From assembly GCF_001194135.2 (NCBI RefSeq), contig NC_068984.1, positions 81,203,177 to 81,266,914 on the forward strand: a stretch of DNA of 63,738 nt. Reading direction: 5' to 3'. Shown here in pieces: positions 12,151 to 26,954 of the stretch; the stretch's first letter is position 1; the number at the start of each line of letters is the position of its first letter. The notes under the pieces were generated by a model. It searched no databases and was not told the origin of the DNA. It was given only the letters and a program-made list of their open reading frames with translations. Source of the DNA: Octopus bimaculoides (lineage: Eukaryota). The position numbers and the translations under genes were made by a program.

Positions 12151-13467
12151 TACCTTACCCTCTCAAATGAAAGTCACAAGATTAGTATATCAGTTATAAT
12201 TTACTTGTAGAATATTCATTTAGCATATTCCAAATATCTTATTCTATTAGCTGAGAAGGAAAATCAAATATCAACAAAGGAAGTAGTTCAGCAGTAGTTC
12301 ACAATTAAGCTACTGATGATGATGATGTAGTTGGATAGATCCATTCAACTATAAATGGACAAGATATTTTCTATTTATATCCCTAGTAAAGGAGACTAGG
12401 TCTGGATGTGGCCTGAAAAAAAAATGAGATGCAAGGTAGGGTGTGGGTTTAAACCATTTACTACATTAAGTATTAAGTGGTAAAGATATACAGCTGTGGT
12501 AAACCATTCAGAAACTCCCTGGTCTCAGCATTTTTAGCCAATCCTTATCATCATCAATTTCATCTTATGTCTGCTATTCCAAGCTGGTTTGGGTTGATAT
12601 AGTAGTACCAGTAAGGCAGCATAGTGATTTTCATCAGCTATACCTGTTTCTTTCACAAAGAAAACACTTTTGGTTAGTTTAGTAAAAAAAAAAATATATA
12701 TATCATTTATTGTTTTAATTAATAATTCCTGTATTTCTTATGGTATTTACTCTTTTTGTTTGTTTTCTGTTTTGTTTCATACCATGAACCCTTTTTGTGA
12801 CTGCTGAAAGCTGGAGAGCTCTTATCAAGAAATACGTGTTTGAAAAGTTCAGAGTTTTTGTACTTGTTCTAACAAGTGATTTGATTTGAGACCATGTGGT
12901 GAAATTAAAGCTATTACAGCATGGAAGACACATATTAACCATTCAAAAACACAGAAACTGTTAACTTCACTTCATCGTTTATTATTTGGTGTCAAAATTT
13001 TCGTTGCACAGTCTGCAACCCAGTCACTGATACAGTTTTACTACACATTTAAAAATAGTCAATTTAATAAGTCTTTTTACCTTTGTTTGTGTAGGTAGAC
13101 TAGAGGCCATAAAATAGTTTGTGACCTACATCAAAATACTGAATAAAATAATTTTAGTTACATAGTAGTGAAAATAATGTAGTTTTCTCTATCCAAAGTT
13201 CACGCACCTCTGTAAATGAGCTTGCTCTAAAGGTTCCATTCATTAAAGGAAATAAATATCTGAATAGATTCTTAAAGATTTTCAGCTGGATTATTTTACA
13301 AAGCTTTTAGTCTAATACTACATTAAATAACAAATGAAACTGATATTAATTCTTCTCACCATAGCAGGCTGATTAATTATTATTGATGCCCACTCTTGTT
13401 AGATTAACTTTTAAGGAAATATATATAAAAGCAGGGATGACATATAGTAAAAGCATATCTATCTATA

Positions 13468-13830
13468 GGGGTAGGCTTGGCAATGCAATTAAAAAGTTTG
13501 CTTCCCAACTATGTGGTGTTGGGTTCAGTTTCACTGCAGGACACATTGGGCAAGTGTCTTCTAATATAGCCAAGTGCAAACCAAAGCCTTGGGAGGATCT
13601 GGTAGATGGAAACTGAAATAAGCCCATTGTGTATGCATGTGTGTGAATGTTGTTTGTCCCCTACCACTGCTTGACAACTGGTGTGTTGGTCTGTTTAAGC
13701 CCTTGCAGCTTACTGATTCAGCAAAAGAGACCAACAGAACAAGAACTGGGCTTAAAAAATAAGTACTGGGGTCAATTTGTTTGACCAAATCCTTAAAGGC
13801 AAAGTCTAATGACTGAAACAAGTAAAAGAT
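13468..13830 (+). mobile_element. Abundant tRNA/CORE-like SINE copy
   Basis: Collinear with 43494-43850 and 54580-54957. Confidence 0.75.
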
Positions 13831-13990
13831 ATATATATAGACATATAAGTAGGTTTTTTTTTTCTCTTTTTGGCATAACCGTATGTGTGTGTGTGTGTAT
13901 TCTTCTGCAATGCTGGATTGACAAAAAATCAAAAACACAGGTGTGAGAATCAAAGAGTAATAGAAAACTTTTTCTTTTTGCTATACTTAC

Positions 13991-14100
13991 AGCATTATGT
14001 TTTGATCGGTCAAATTTTTCACAGAATTCTTCTATAGCAGTTATAGACTGTGATGCTCCTTTGATACGTTTATCCTGCTCCTGCTTGCTTCGAATTTTTT
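13991..14100 (-). CDS. Coding exon B (110 nt, phase 1 to 0): (E)[36 protein letters not shown]
   Basis: Acceptor tcttctttttatccaactAG, donor GCT|GTAAGT. It completes the split codon G+AA (Glu). IEEFCEKF resembles the Meis HM2 end (CDNFCHRY). Too short for the ORF track. Confidence 0.88.
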
Positions 14101-14482
14101 CTAGTTGGATAAAAAGAAGATAAAAAGGAAATTAGAACCATAAAAAACAATTATAATAATCACTCACACACACAAAGAATTATATATATATAATAATAAT
14201 AATATTAGGGATAAAATCCAAAATTACAGGTAAAAACTCAATTAAAATCAATTTATTAAAAATTAAAATCAAATTAAGCTTCACAGTATAAAATATAAAT
14301 ATATAGTATTAGGGAAAAGAACCAAGGTTCATGAACTCATCGATGAAAATCCACTGTCATATATAGAAAAAATTTATAATTAAAAGTCCAATAAATAAGT
14401 ATAATATAATACAAAGTAAATATCATAAGATCAAGATAATACTTTTCCCTAATACTATATATTTATATATACTTTTCCCTAA

Positions 14483-14520
<38 letters not shown>

Positions 14521-14764
14521 CATCATCATCGTCGTTTAACGTCCACTTTCCATGCTGGTGGCAAACCAGAAGGCTGCACTACGCTCCAATCTGATCTGGC
14601 AAAGTTTCTACATATATATAGATAAATACAGTAACACAGATTGTTGTTAGTACAGCATAGATGTAAAAGGTAATGGATAGAAACTTGGTCTACAGATAAT
14701 CAAGTGATTAATGTTTGCTGTCGTTCAACCACAGGTCAGCCTTGATAAGGCAACCTATGATCAA

Positions 14765-14987
14765 CTCTTTAGCATCCCGATTACCCTGTCAAATGTAATG
14801 CTTATTTATTCAAATTGCTTTGAATTAATCATGCATTATCATACATTATCCCACAGCTTTTGATGATGCGATTGTTTATATTTAGAATGACATTGTAGGA
14901 TAGGTGTGAGAGACTGGATCTGTCCAGTTTTAACATAAAACAGGTAGAACATTTAAGTCACATATAGCCAGTTTAAATGCCAAAGGA
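14765..14987. mobile_element. piggyBac-type MITE family 1
   Basis: CTCTTTAGCAT ... ATGCCAAAGGA|TTAA; opposite orientation to the 9758 copy. Confidence 0.7.
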
Positions 14988-17900
14988 TTAAAAGACACTC
15001 AAACTATGACAACTCCCCAATTTCTCTTTCAAATACAATATTTTTAAAATCACATGAGCTAGTCTTCTCTTTTTTAAAACAGCAAGTTGTGGTTTGAAAG
15101 AAATTTGGTTGGTATTTCTAGCAAGCTGATTGACCATGTAAGTGTTTCCTTGTTAGTTATTGGTACATTACTATTACAGTCATGGAAAAACAACAAAACG
15201 CACACAAAAAACTATTACATAGCAGACATCATCATCATCATCATTTAACATAAATCTTCTATGCTGGTATTTGTTGAATGTTTTAATGGGAGCTAGCAAG
15301 CAAGAGGACTGCACCAAGATCCACTTGTCTGTTTGGCCTGATTTTTATAGCTGAATGCCCTTCCTAACACCAACCACTTAACTGACGCAGCACAAAATTC
15401 TTATTTATATTTAAATACAACCTTGCACTCGAAAATAATAAAACAATCTGTTCTAACAAAACACTGCACTTCTCTAAGTAGTTGTTGAGTAGTCTCATTA
15501 ATTACTTCACATTATGATTCCTCCTGCTAACCATTATTTAGAATCATTATTCTCCAATCAGGCTTTCTGCTTCTGATATTATCCAACCTTTCTGCAAGCT
15601 AAACAAAACCACAAAACCTACTCGTAATTATTTAAGACAGTCTGTGTTTCACTTCGCACTTATACTTGCAATCACCATATTAAACATATGACTCATAGAA
15701 GGACTAAACAATTCTATTAAATACGCACACAAACACTTGTGTGTGTGTGTGTACATTATATACACAATACATACGCACACACACACACACACACGTGAAT
15801 TTGTATATATGTATGTACATGTGTGTGTGTAAACATATATACACAATTCGCACACACACATACATAAATAAATGTGAATCTCTATATTTGTATACGTGTG
15901 TGTGTGTATTTATGCATGGTGAATTTATTTATCTATCTTACATACACACACACACACCAACACAGAAGACTGAAGATGGCAACACATTACACTGAGAGCT
16001 CATGAAGTTCTCATAATATCCATAAGGCATTAAAAAGAAAAAGCTTGTTCATATTTATTTTTCCAATGGGCAGTTCCACAAGCGTAGCAGTATACAAAGC
16101 CATGTCTGTGTGAGTGCAAGCAAGCATGTATGTATGTGTGTGTCTGAGGGCAGGGCACTACTCTGGTTTAGGTCAGCGTTGATCCAGCAGTCAAACCAAG
16201 GGTCAAAACATTTCCTTGATGATTATATTTATTTTTAAAAGCATAATGTAGCCATGGCATTTAAAAAAAATTTTTATGAAGGCAAAATATGATTACAGGG
16301 GGATTTGGCTACTATTTCTAGCAATTTGAAAGAATGTGTCAGGAATTCCTCACTGCCTTTTCCTCTCTATTTATACATGGGTGTGGTATATCAAGTTAAA
16401 GTTGGTGGCAGCAATGTCATCCCATCCACTGAGGATTTTCATGTGATGCACCATATCACATATACAGAAAACCTGCAGCTTTTCTTCTCTTCATAGTCTT
16501 AACCCTATTTTAATTAATTCTGTAAACAATGCTTTAGTCATTCGTATATTAAAAAAAAAAAAAAAAAAAAGGCTATCCCAAAGGTGATATGTGATTTCAT
16601 GAAAGAAAAAAAATCTCTTAATGTATTTATATTTTAATGTGTGTTCAGAGAGATTCTATTAAAATAAATAATTTGCCCATATCACTGTTGGTACATGTAC
16701 TAACTATTAGCATGTTATGTTGATGGGAAACATTGTAATACAAAGCATTAATTTACAAAAAACTCCAAATGTAAAAACATATGGAAATAAATTTTATAAA
16801 CAAGAATAAAAAAAAATGTTTTAGTTTTTGTTTTTGTTTCTAAAGTAGAGTGGTGTGTCTGTATCCTGTTAATAGTAAATACAATCAGCTGGGAGTTTTT
16901 AACCTTTTACACTGTTATAAAATTCTAACATACTAAAAGATGCTGTTCGCAAATCTAATTAAGTGTACTACGGATGATGTTCAAGGGTCTGTCTTCTCTA
17001 TTCTGGCAGCTTGATGTGTAAAAATAAAAAAATTTTAAGATTAAAAAAAAATACCTGGTTGTTTAGAAGGATGCTGAGTGGTGGAATAACTGAAGGGAAG
17101 TCTTTTGTGAATGGTAGTTGTTTGATTTAATTGTGCAGATTTTTGGCATATTGTTGCCTGAAGCAAATGACTTGGTGTGATTTGCATATCTTTTGTTTCA
17201 GATATACTATTCCCTTGTTAAACATAAGGACCATACAACACTCTGGGACAAGCAGAGCTTAATCATTTAGAGTGCTGTGTTGCAATCGAGACATTTATGT
17301 AACTCTGATAATACAATATAGAGTGCAGCACTACAGTCTGAGCAGAGCACTGTGTTGGAATCTGGACATATACATAACTATTTTTTCAGATATACTAGGT
17401 TGTTGCTGAACTTCAGACCTTACTGCAATCTCTGACATGAAGTAGTTCATTGTGGCATTGTATAAATGTTGTACTCTAACAAGTATTAGCTGTTATGCCA
17501 TCACACAACCTGCTAGAAATACCAGTCAATTACTCATCTATTTTGGTGCTTTGCATCAAAAGGGTGGATTACAGTATTTCATGCTGTCCTTCAAAATTTT
17601 AATTTCAAATCTGCTAGTCTAGTGCTGTTGTGACTTTTTACATCTATAGGAGTCTATACAATAAACTTGTGTCATCAAATTAATTGACTTAGCACCCGCT
17701 TCAGTTTTGTGCCATTACTCTTAAGGAATATTGTGTTGCTGAAGACTGATTCTCTGGATTCACTTGTTTCAATCCTCTTGGAAGATAATGTCACAATTAG
17801 GCCTTGTGTAATAAGGAAGGCTGATGTTTGCTTGACAGGAGGTGACATGAATATTTGCAGCTGATGAAGCCAAAACTCAGAAGTCTAGATCCAGCAACTC

Positions 17901-20494
17901 CATCATCAATGCTGGCCAAGCTTGCTGCTGATATTCTTCAGTTTTCTTTTTTTTTTTAATACTATACAAGATACTTTCTCAAGATGAATACTGCAGTTTA
18001 GAAGGCTTTCAACAGATGCATACTTAAAGAATGTACACAGATCACTAATTCTGAACTAATATTGCTTCTGTCGCTAACAACGAATTTCTGTTCAGGTGCC
18101 AGTTAAATGCGACATCACTGAATTTTAAATCATTGTTTAATCAAATCAGCCAGCAGCTGATGTTCATTTAACACGAGGTGATGTGGATATTTGTTGGTGA
18201 TGAAGCTAACAAGCAGAAATCTAGATCTAGCAATTTCAACCCCAATGTTAGCCAACCTTTGCTTGGTGCCGCTATTATTTTTCTGTGTTTTTTTAACACT
18301 CCACTTCTATAAGAGACACTTTCTCAAGACAAATACCGCACTTTAGAAGACTTTCAACACACACACACACACACACACGTTAAATACATATACAGATTGT
18401 TAATTTTTAATATAATTCTTGTTGAAACATCCAAGAAAATATTGCAAGTGAGAGATGTAAATTACAGAAGAAAGCAGTATATTTTTTAATTATACATTTT
18501 AAACATTACTATTTTTACTATTTTACATGAATATTTCAGTTTGTAGACAACATTAAAAAATATCAATATGAATTAAGTATCGGATGAAGAGTTGATTCAA
18601 TTTAATTTCGGAATTTTTTTTTTTTTAAACAAAAGCAATTATTTACTACTTGATCAATATAGATTATGAATAAATTGGAATCTTGCCTCCCAAACAAACC
18701 ACGCATGAAGTTAAGCTGAAACATAAAACCAATGATTATTGTTAAGCACAACATTAAATTAAAAATACAAAAAAAAAAAAAAAATGGATAACACTATAAA
18801 AATTAATCTCAAAATCAGTTTTCTAAAAAAAAAAAAAAAGCTTCGTTCAATTCAAACCTATTCAAACTGATACAAAAACATTTTGAGAGAGAGAGAGAAA
18901 GAAAGAGGGTTCCCCTATCATCACACATTTCACTGCACCAAGGTTAGAGGTAAACTCCTAATTAACGATAACAATAATAATAATAATAATAATAACAACA
19001 ACACTCCACCACCATCACCACCACACTCCATGTAATCTTATAACTTAACATAGACATCCAGTAAAATTTCAATTGAAAACTCTATAATTTTACAAGCTGC
19101 CAAACTGAAGCAAAAAGCTAGTCAGGCAAGACCAAACCAGCTAGGAAAACCAATAAAGAACAAAAAGTACAAACAAATAAATAAACAAAAAAAATAAACA
19201 ATCACCCATGTTACTGCCATAAATGCATACATACATAAAATAAAAATAAAAACAACGCTCTGCTTTCTATTCGCTTCTGACTCCCTAAACCAACTTTAAA
19301 TTTATCTGAGATGTTAAAAGGTTAAGCTTATGTGTTATACCATCTATCATAACAAATACAAGAATGACAGCCAGGAAGTCCAACCTTTAATATTTACAAT
19401 TCTGAAAACTGAAAAAACAACAAGTATTATAATAGGTTACAAAAAGAAAAAAAAAAAAAAAGAAAAGAAAAGAAAAACAACAAAAAATGTGAGGGTGGAG
19501 GGGGACTAAAGGGCAACAGCATGGATGGATGGTATTGTTAGGGTATTGGTTTCTAGTAACACCTCTTATCCCAAGCACAACCTACATCCCACATGCATAT
19601 AAAAGAAACATTACTTGGCTGACAGCTAACACCAGGAGAGAGAGAGAGAGAGAGAGAGAGAGTAAAGAAACAAGAGGATAACCAATGACCCTCACTATGT
19701 ACATCTTTAGTGATTTAGTGATAGGTTCATCATCCCAGGTTAGAAAAAAAAAAGAGCTAGAACTAAAATTAGTTAAAAAAAAAAAGTTGGCCCAAGAAAG
19801 ATTTGAACTTGCAATATAGAGATAAGTAAATGGTTAGTCTGTATCACTCCATAAGGAGCATAGGGCTAGTTTCTTGGTTTCTCTGCTGTATATATTCCTC
19901 CCTGGATGGGACACGGGTCTGTCACAGGATTACTCATTTTTGCCAGCTGGGTGGATTGGAGCAACATAAAATGAAATCTTTGCTCAAGAATACAACACAC
20001 TGTCCAATCCAGGAATCGAAACCAAAATCTTATGGTAATCAGTCCAACATCCTAACAACTAAGCCATGAATTTAGTTTAGTGCTTGCTCTACTAGACTTA
20101 AATACTTCATTCAAGAACAGTTTCTAATACAGAAACCAGATCACTCACTAGCCAGCCAGTGTGAAAGAAACTTGCAAGAAATGAGAAAAGCATGACTGTA
20201 ATATAAATCTCATTTCCTCTCCCTTATAAATCTTGAGGTCTTGTGCTGCTGAGGCAGCTATCATTTAAAGGAATACTAGCCAAAATTTAGAATTTGAGAC
20301 ATAAATTAGATATGTAAATTACTTATAATCCCCAAAATACTGAATGCGCTTTCAAAACTTATAGGAAACCTGTCAACTTCAGACATGGAAACACATATTC
20401 AAAATGTTATTCTTACCAGTCTCAGAATGCTATTTTCTCAACGATTTCAGAAATTATATAACACACACACACACGCACACACACACAAATGTGA

Positions 20495-20818
20495 AGGTGC
20501 ATAGCTTAGTGTTTAGGGTATTCAGCCTACAATTGTAAGGTTGTGAGTTCAATTCCTGGCGATTCTTTGTGTCCTTGAGCAAGACACTTTATTTCCTGTT
20601 GCTCTAGTCCACTCAGCTAACAAAAATTAATAGTACCTGTATTTCAAAGGGCCAGCCTTGTCACACTCTGTATCACACTGAGTCTCCCTGAGAATTATGT
20701 TAAGGGTACATGTGTCTGTGGAGTGCTCAACCATTTGCATGTTAATTTCATGAGCAGACTGTTCCATTGATTGAATCAACAGGAACTCTTGTCGTCGAAA
20801 CCGACTGAGTACCCAGTA
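20495..20818 (+). mobile_element. tRNA-derived SINE, near full length
   Basis: A/B-box-like head (GCATAGCTTAGTG...GAGTTCAATTCC) and a GTGTCCTTGAGCAAGACACTT core. Confidence 0.7.
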
Positions 20819-21695
20819 CCTATATAAATACTTATATAAAATGAAAATGATCTTTTATTTCTATCCCTAAACTATCCAAACAACAGCAATTTAAGCAGGA
20901 ATGACAATCCTCTATCCCAAAATGTATTTATCTAAATCATACATTCAATTTATCAATGACAACTTGAACCCAAGACAGCATGGTTGGGAAGCAAGCTTCT
21001 TAGTCACATAGCTACAGCACATCTTTTAACAATGAATATTAACCCTTTTGCATTCAGATTATTTTGTCAAATGTAGTGTTTATTTATTTGCATTGCTCTG
21101 AATGAATCATACATGATCTTATAGCTTTGAGATTTCAACGACGTGATTGTTTATTTCACAACCATCGGAGCATGAAGCACTCTTCATGACCACAAGTTCA
21201 TAAGATGGTTCTGGAAAGAGAAGTATGAACACACAATGTGCATGTGCACACTGCATTAAAAAAATGGAAGAGGAGAATAAAAAACATAATGCGCCTATCA
21301 AAATAAAATGTAACGTCAAACAAATTGGTCTGCATGCCACGTGTGACACCATTATCATGCAGCTTTGCTACAATTTTCTTGTTCTTAGAATGACATTGTA
21401 TGATCTGTGTAAGAGGCCACATCTGGCTGGCAGTTTAAAGGCTAAATTGTACAACAGTTATACAGTTGCCATTAATATAGATAATAATAGTAAAGTAGCA
21501 TGAGAGAAATGCAAGATTCCATACAATGCTTAGTCATACCCCTTCATTTTCTGAATTCAAATGCTGCTGAGTAAATTACACTTTTGCCTTCTCTCCTTCT
21601 AGGGCTGACAAAATACCAACCAGTCAATTATTTGCAATGCTTTAATCAACAAAATTTTCCTTTCTTACAAAGTTATCTCCTTATCCCAAAGTTAG

Positions 21696-21759
<64 letters not shown>

Positions 21760-22084
21760 CACCAACAGCATTATATAATTATTTAGAACCAACAGATCAA
21801 CATAACTATACATTTACTGTTAGGGTGCATAACATTTGTGAAAATTATAAGAAATTGAATATGCTGTAATGGTTTTTCTTTCTATAATTTTTTCCTTAAA
21901 ACATATCCATTTCCGGATATGACTTGCTGTGTCTGCAACAAGGCCTTGAGTAGTTTCTTAAATAACATCTAAGATTTCTAAAGGAAAGGGAAATGAGAGT
22001 TTATGACATTCATGCCTTTTCCAGTAATTATTGGAAAACTTAACCTACAGTTCATCTCTTACCAAATGGCATCCAGTGCCAACA

Positions 22085-22307
22085 TTAAACATTTTGATAC
22101 CAGTCTGCCTGAATCTGAGCTTGGTTCTATGATAAAACTTTCTGTTTTAAATTGATTTAAATTAAAACCTATCATCATGTTAATTTGTATTCCAAATATC
22201 AGCTTAATAACGACAAAGTGATTCTAATAATTTCTTCATTATTCTAAGAATTAATTGAAAGAAAGGTAGTAATATTTCAATGTAAATATGGTAACAAAAG
22301 GGTTCAA
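22085..22307. mobile_element. piggyBac-type MITE family 2
   Basis: TTAAACATTTTGATAC ... GTAACAAAAGGGTTCAA termini. Related copies lie at 6969-7004 (fragment) and 24043-24270. Confidence 0.6.
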
Positions 22308-23534
22308 TACTAAGAGCCAAAAGAGAGTCTCAATGACCTGCTAGCAATAGCAGCCACACCTCCTTCAAATCACACACCCTGGCATCTTAAAAAAAAGGGA
22401 AGTACATATTGGAAAATATGGTTCTGTATATACTATGTGTGAGGGAAGAGCATCATTAATGTTCCAGGTTTGCAAGACTAAGAGTGAACTGGAAGTAAAT
22501 AGCTAAAACAATAAAGATTAAAAACAAAAATAAAAAATAACAACAGCAATAACAAAGAATTCAGTGGTTAACACTGATGGATAAGAGATTAGACTTGTGC
22601 CTAAGTAAGAAGCTATTACCAGTACTAATTGCAGAACAAATTCTCTTTGACCTTTTCTAATTAGACTCATTTTCCCAGATCCCTTTTAGTAAATTCACTT
22701 GATCTCAAACAACACTCTGCAGACAATATTTTTCTATTTAACAGTTAGCAATTATACTAAGTGAAATTAAATACACATACACGCACACAAATATACACAT
22801 ACACTTATATACACATATTCATACATACACACACACACATGCTCGCATGCATACACACACACAAACAATATAAAGTGGTATGTAAAGATTCAATTAGTTC
22901 AGGGGTTATTTGATCATAAATGAAAATGAGATTCCTAATTATACACACACAATGTAATTAGTATTAAGATACATGGACCATTAAATTTACAATTAAAGAA
23001 CCATTTCATTTATTGCATACACACACACACACAAACATATACATTTACAAAATGTCACACAGACACACACACACAGCCAACATTCATTATTGCTATTCTA
23101 ACCTTGCGAATAATACCACAATAACAAAGCGAAAAATAAACAGAACTACAGTGTACAGTAAAGCTTGCTAGTAAAGTTAAAACAAAATCCACTTTTTTCT
23201 CAGCTGTCAAAGAAAATTGTGAAAAGATATTTCCATAGATGTCATCTGGGAAACAATTTTCTAGAGAACCATTGAAAAGGGGAGAAACCTAGAACATTTA
23301 AAATTTGCAATGTTGTAGACTGAAGCACCTCTCAAAATGGCTATTTTTTTTTCACCTGTCACAGGTGTCAATGAAGCTCTAAGCTAGGTATAATTGACAC
23401 TGATGGTAAATAGGATGTTGGCCAACAAGAGTGTCGTCCCATCTTGCATGTGTGTGTGTGTGGTGTTTAGAAAAATAGTGACCAGAAAAGAGGAATGCCT
23501 AAGTTAAAATATTGTCTGTTTATCCACCCATTTA

Positions 23535-23586
<52 letters not shown>

Positions 23587-23734
23587 GGGGGCTGTTTAGG
23601 CCAATGGTAAGAAATCAGGAAAGGAAATAATTAAATGTAAATGAGAACACACACACACACACACACACAGAAAGGTAACTAAAACCAAAAAAAGTGGTGA
23701 ATGCAAGAGAAAGATGGTCATAGATAGACACACT

Positions 23735-23767
<33 letters not shown>

Positions 23768-24882
23768 GGGAGGAATATATTAATATTGATTCTCCCCACT
23801 TGCTGGTGAAAGAATGAGTTATTAGTGTGGTAGAAGGACCAAGTTTTAAAAATCATCAGTTAAGTTAGTGTTCAACATATGCAGAGAGAACACCTAAAAG
23901 GCTACCTTCACAAAATAATGCAGTGAGGTAAGGGGGAAAAAAAAAAACATTGTTAATAAGTAATGTTATTTTTATGATTTTAGATATTGCAGAAAATAAT
24001 TCAGGATATATCTATGTCATTCTGACCTCATTTTCCAGACTATTGAACTCTTTCGATACTAAACCTGCCTGAGACTGTCTCTTGTTCTATGACAGAAACT
24101 TCTTATTTTAGAGCTCAAAACTAAACCTTCCATCAATAATATTCCATGTTTATATATGTTCCACGCACCAGTTTAATAATAACAGAGTTATTGAACTAAA
24201 TTTGTCTTTATTTTTAAAATTAATCAAAACAGGGGCTGTGTGTTTCAACTGAAATATAGCAACAAAAGCATGGCCTTGATTGTACTTGCTGAAAGTGTGC
24301 AGGAAATATCACCAAATAAATATGCAGGATTAAGACTGTACACTGAATTTTGTGACTTAAATAGAAAATAGCTTTGAGACACCATCTGCACAAAAAAGCA
24401 ATAGTTAAGTTAGCATCTTGTTTTGATAGTTAACATCACGTTTCACATCTTGGCTTTGTAAACAACTACATCAGATGCAGGCTTCCTTCTCAACCATGTG
24501 GCCTTAGGTTCAATCCCACTAGATGGCACTTTGTGCAAGTGACTAATACTATATAGCCCAGGGTTGAGCAAAGCCATGAGTGTAAACTGAAAGAAGCTGA
24601 TTGAGTGTGTGTGTGTTTGTAGTACCCTTGTCTAGACATCACGTGCTGGTTGCAAGTGAGCATAATTGCCATACAAGCAAAGTTGTTTCTTCAGTGGAAA
24701 TCGTCTAGCTATGGGGAAAAAAATTACCATACTTGTAAACAGGTGAGAGTTGGTGACAGGAAGAGCATCCAGGCATAGAAAAATCTGTCTCGACAAAATC
24801 CATCTAACTCATGCAAGCAAGAAAAAATGGACATTAAATTAAATAATAATGATGATGATGATGATGATGGCTTTAGTTTTAA

Positions 24883-25103
24883 CCCTTTACCATTTAAACC
24901 GGCCGCATCAGGCCCAAATGTTCTACCTGTTTTATATTCAAACTGGTGAGATCCAGACTCTCACACCTACCCTGCAATGTCATTCTAAACAATAAACAGT
25001 CATACCATTGAAATCTCAAAGCTACAAGATAATGCATAATTAATTCAAAATAATGTGAATAAATAAGCATTGCATTCGACAGAGTAATCTGAATGCTAAT
25101 GGG
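24883..25103. mobile_element. piggyBac-type MITE family 1, intact with TTAA on both sides
   Basis: TTAA(24879-82)|CCCTTTACCATT ... AATGCTAATGGG|TTAA(25104-07). Confidence 0.8.
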
Positions 25104-26905
25104 TTAAAGAGAAATACTGACTCTCTACCAAAGTACTAATGGGCAATTCAGAGTAGAATTGCAAAAAGACAAGAAAGGTCACTAAACTGCAAAATCACCA
25201 AGAAATCCTTGTTTCATCATCTAATTATTCTCTTGTTTTGTTTTTAACGATGTCATTTATGAATAAAAGCTGCTGATTCACTTTGCTCTATTTTGTTCAT
25301 TGATAGTCTCAGTTAGGATTAGCTAATTAGTAATTTAGTACAGAATTAACTAACTATACAGTTGATAATTGACTGAAACTAATTTAATTTGTTGTGTTAA
25401 TGATACATCACACATACTGTTAATGATATATCATATATCATATATTCAATTACAAGTAGTTAAATAAACACATTGTAGTTTTACCATGTTTTTCATGAAA
25501 TGGTTGACATGCTAACACACACACACACACACACACACTCATCCACCCTATTTTCTGACATATAAGGCACAAAAAGGAAGGTGATTGCAACCCTGCAATA
25601 AGGGTCAAAAGTGTGGTTTGGTTGTATGAAGAAAATAATGATTGAAAAAAATTAAATTTGAAAGTGTTAGGATTGGAAAAAACTAACACAGGGAATTAAA
25701 AAAGAAAGTTTGTGGCAGTATGGTAAAAAAGTTTGTTTCCTAACCACATGATTCTGGGTTCAGTTTCCGTCTACCAAATCCACTCACAAGGCTTTGGTCG
25801 GCCCGAGGCTATAGTAGAAGACACTTGCTCAAGGTACACACACACACACACACAAAAATCCTCAATTACAGGTGTACAACCAGTTGAATCTCCTAATAAC
25901 TTTTTATCAAGTTTTGGGAAAACAAGGCACATGAATTCCTATTTGTGCATGAAAATGAAAGTCTGAATAGAAAATAATTTGCATATACACAGAACCAGAC
26001 TATTTGACTTAGAAGCTTATATATATATATATCATCATCATCACCATTTAAATTCTGATTTCCATGCTGGCATGGGTTGGACAGTTTGACATGGAGCTGG
26101 CTAGCAGGGAGCTGTCCAGACTCCAACTGTCTAGTGTGGCATGGTTTCTATAGCTGGATGCCCTTCCTAAAGCCAATCACATAGCAGAGTGTGTTGGGTG
26201 CTTTTTATGTGCTACTGGCATGGGTGCATTTACGCAGCACTTGCACAAGTGCGTTAACACAGCACAAGCACAGGTGCTTTTTAAGTGGCACTGGCACCTG
26301 AAAGGACAAACCTGTAAGTGTGGGAAACAACGATTTTACTTAGCTTGATGTGTGAAAGTGTAAGATGCTTACAACACTTAGGCTTCCCAAGTGGTCACCC
26401 ATCTAGGTACTAGGCTCAACACCGCTTAACTTTGGAGATTGGACAAGAACCAGTGTATTCAATGTGATATGGCTGCAAGCCATACACACACGTCATCATT
26501 TTAATGGCCATTTGTCTATGCTTGCTCTTCCTGTTGCCAATCTACACCAGTTCCCAAGTAAGGTAATATTTTCCCATTGCTTGTTTTTTGGAAAGGACAC
26601 TGCTGGCATGACAATGACACCCGTTTACAACTATCACATGATGTTGAGACAAAGAGACTATAACACACCTTCACACAAACAAGTGCACACACTCACATGT
26701 TTAGCTTTTTTCTCTTCATTTACCTTGTACAAGTGTCCTGCTTTGCAAACTGAATAGACCATGTGCTCAGTGCCTGCAGATTATTTGGTGACACAAAGCA
26801 AGAAACTATTAGTAGCTCATATCTTCATACTATGCACATTAAATGATATTTGTCTCTCACTGAATGGAGTACTTTTTTTGTTGATCTTACCTTAATGAAA
26901 CAGTA

Positions 26906-26954
<49 letters not shown>

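Noticed and set aside
12780-12880. Candidate exon (NKYKNSELFKHVFLDKSSPAF...) between exons B and C
   Set aside because: Weak acceptor, and the best donor gives phase 2, which is incompatible with exon C.
1347-20560. tRNA-like A/B-box sequences (1347, 11895, 20495 and others)
   Set aside because: They continue into SINE bodies and I could not fold them into full cloverleaves, so they are SINE heads rather than tRNA genes.
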